A stretch of DNA of 61,969 nt, counting the filler, from Globobulimina sp. (lineage: Eukaryota), in assembly GCA_003354225.1 (NCBI GenBank). It is 28 parts of 28 records of this genome, joined end to end, with 100 filler letters (N's around TTAATTAATTAA, not from the genome) between each part and the next. Parts side by side here need not be neighbours in the genome. Positions count along the whole stretch, not along the records: positions 59,855 to 61,969 come from PIVH01008873.1; 27 more parts are not named here. One strand, 5' to 3'. The notes below the pieces were generated by a model that did not search any database, was not told the DNA's origin, and worked only from the letters and a program-made list of their open reading frames with translations. A program made the translations under genes and the position numbers. Below, in pieces: positions 61,712 through 61,969 of this stretch. Positions within the stretch are counted from its first letter, which is position 1. The number at the start of each line of letters is the position of its first letter.

Positions 61712-61969
61712 TAGAATTCAAAAAATTCAGTTCGACTGTTCGAATTTGTGTCGATGTACATTCTATGACTATGACAAATTGACAATGTAATTTTTGGATT
61801 CTCTCTTGTTACATAATTTATATATATTTTTTCAATGATCTGAGCAATTGATTGGTGGGCTAAGTTTGTTCTTGCCGCGTAATTCTTGTTGTTATTGGTG
61901 TTGTGTAAGCCCACATTTTCGACAGAAGAGCATGGGTTGTGTCAATGAGACATTTCAAGAAAATGATGC

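Noticed and set aside
1..61969. Gene cluster or operon interpretations across the window (e.g. NRT2 with UGDH or the Ni permease)
   Set aside because: Genes sit on separate size-sorted contigs, so adjacency is not biological
1..61969. Full TAA/TAG-to-Gln genetic code reassignment
   Set aside because: Many conserved genes (NmrA, JmjC, GH7, NRT2) terminate properly at TAA/TAG, and long ORFs lack internal TAR codons

Overview
This window is not one locus. It is 28 unrelated ~2.1-kb contigs (2118 down to 2115 bp, sorted by length) joined by 27 artificial 100-bp spacers (44 N + TTAATTAATTAA + 44 N), so gene order across spacers means nothing. The DNA is AT-rich and eukaryotic, with short GT-AG introns (mostly ~57-90 nt) and very short intergenic gaps. 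Gene content points to a protist, most plausibly a foraminiferan/rhizarian (inference from Kelch-rich proteins, an 'LVHGYVR..P.EIV.LI' motif I associate with Reticulomyxa-type proteins, NRT2 and GH7). Recognisable genes: JmjC hydroxylase, V-ATPase subunit H, DUF3605, LanC-like protein, MazG/DR2231-like pyrophosphohydrolase, NmrA, RhoGEF, signal-peptide kinase, MFSD1, SEY1/RHD3, two SNAP25-like SNAREs, UGDH, NRT2, HMG-box protein, ubinuclein/HUN protein, RRM-SAM-nucleotidyltransferase, mL53, TPR-SAP-PADR1, GH7 cellulase and DUF3825. There are also fragments of a LINE endonuclease, a Ty3/Gypsy integrase and a Harbinger/ISL2EU-type transposase. The most unusual observations are a mucin-like surface gene built from symmetric phase-2 micro-exons, the RRM-SAM-NTase architecture, eukaryotic copies of mainly prokaryotic families (DUF3825, MazG-like), an aberrant tRNA-like element, and head-to-head genes only 40-62 bp apart with a recurring TCA(C/G)T initiator-like motif. 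All family assignments come from motif recognition by eye; no searches were run.
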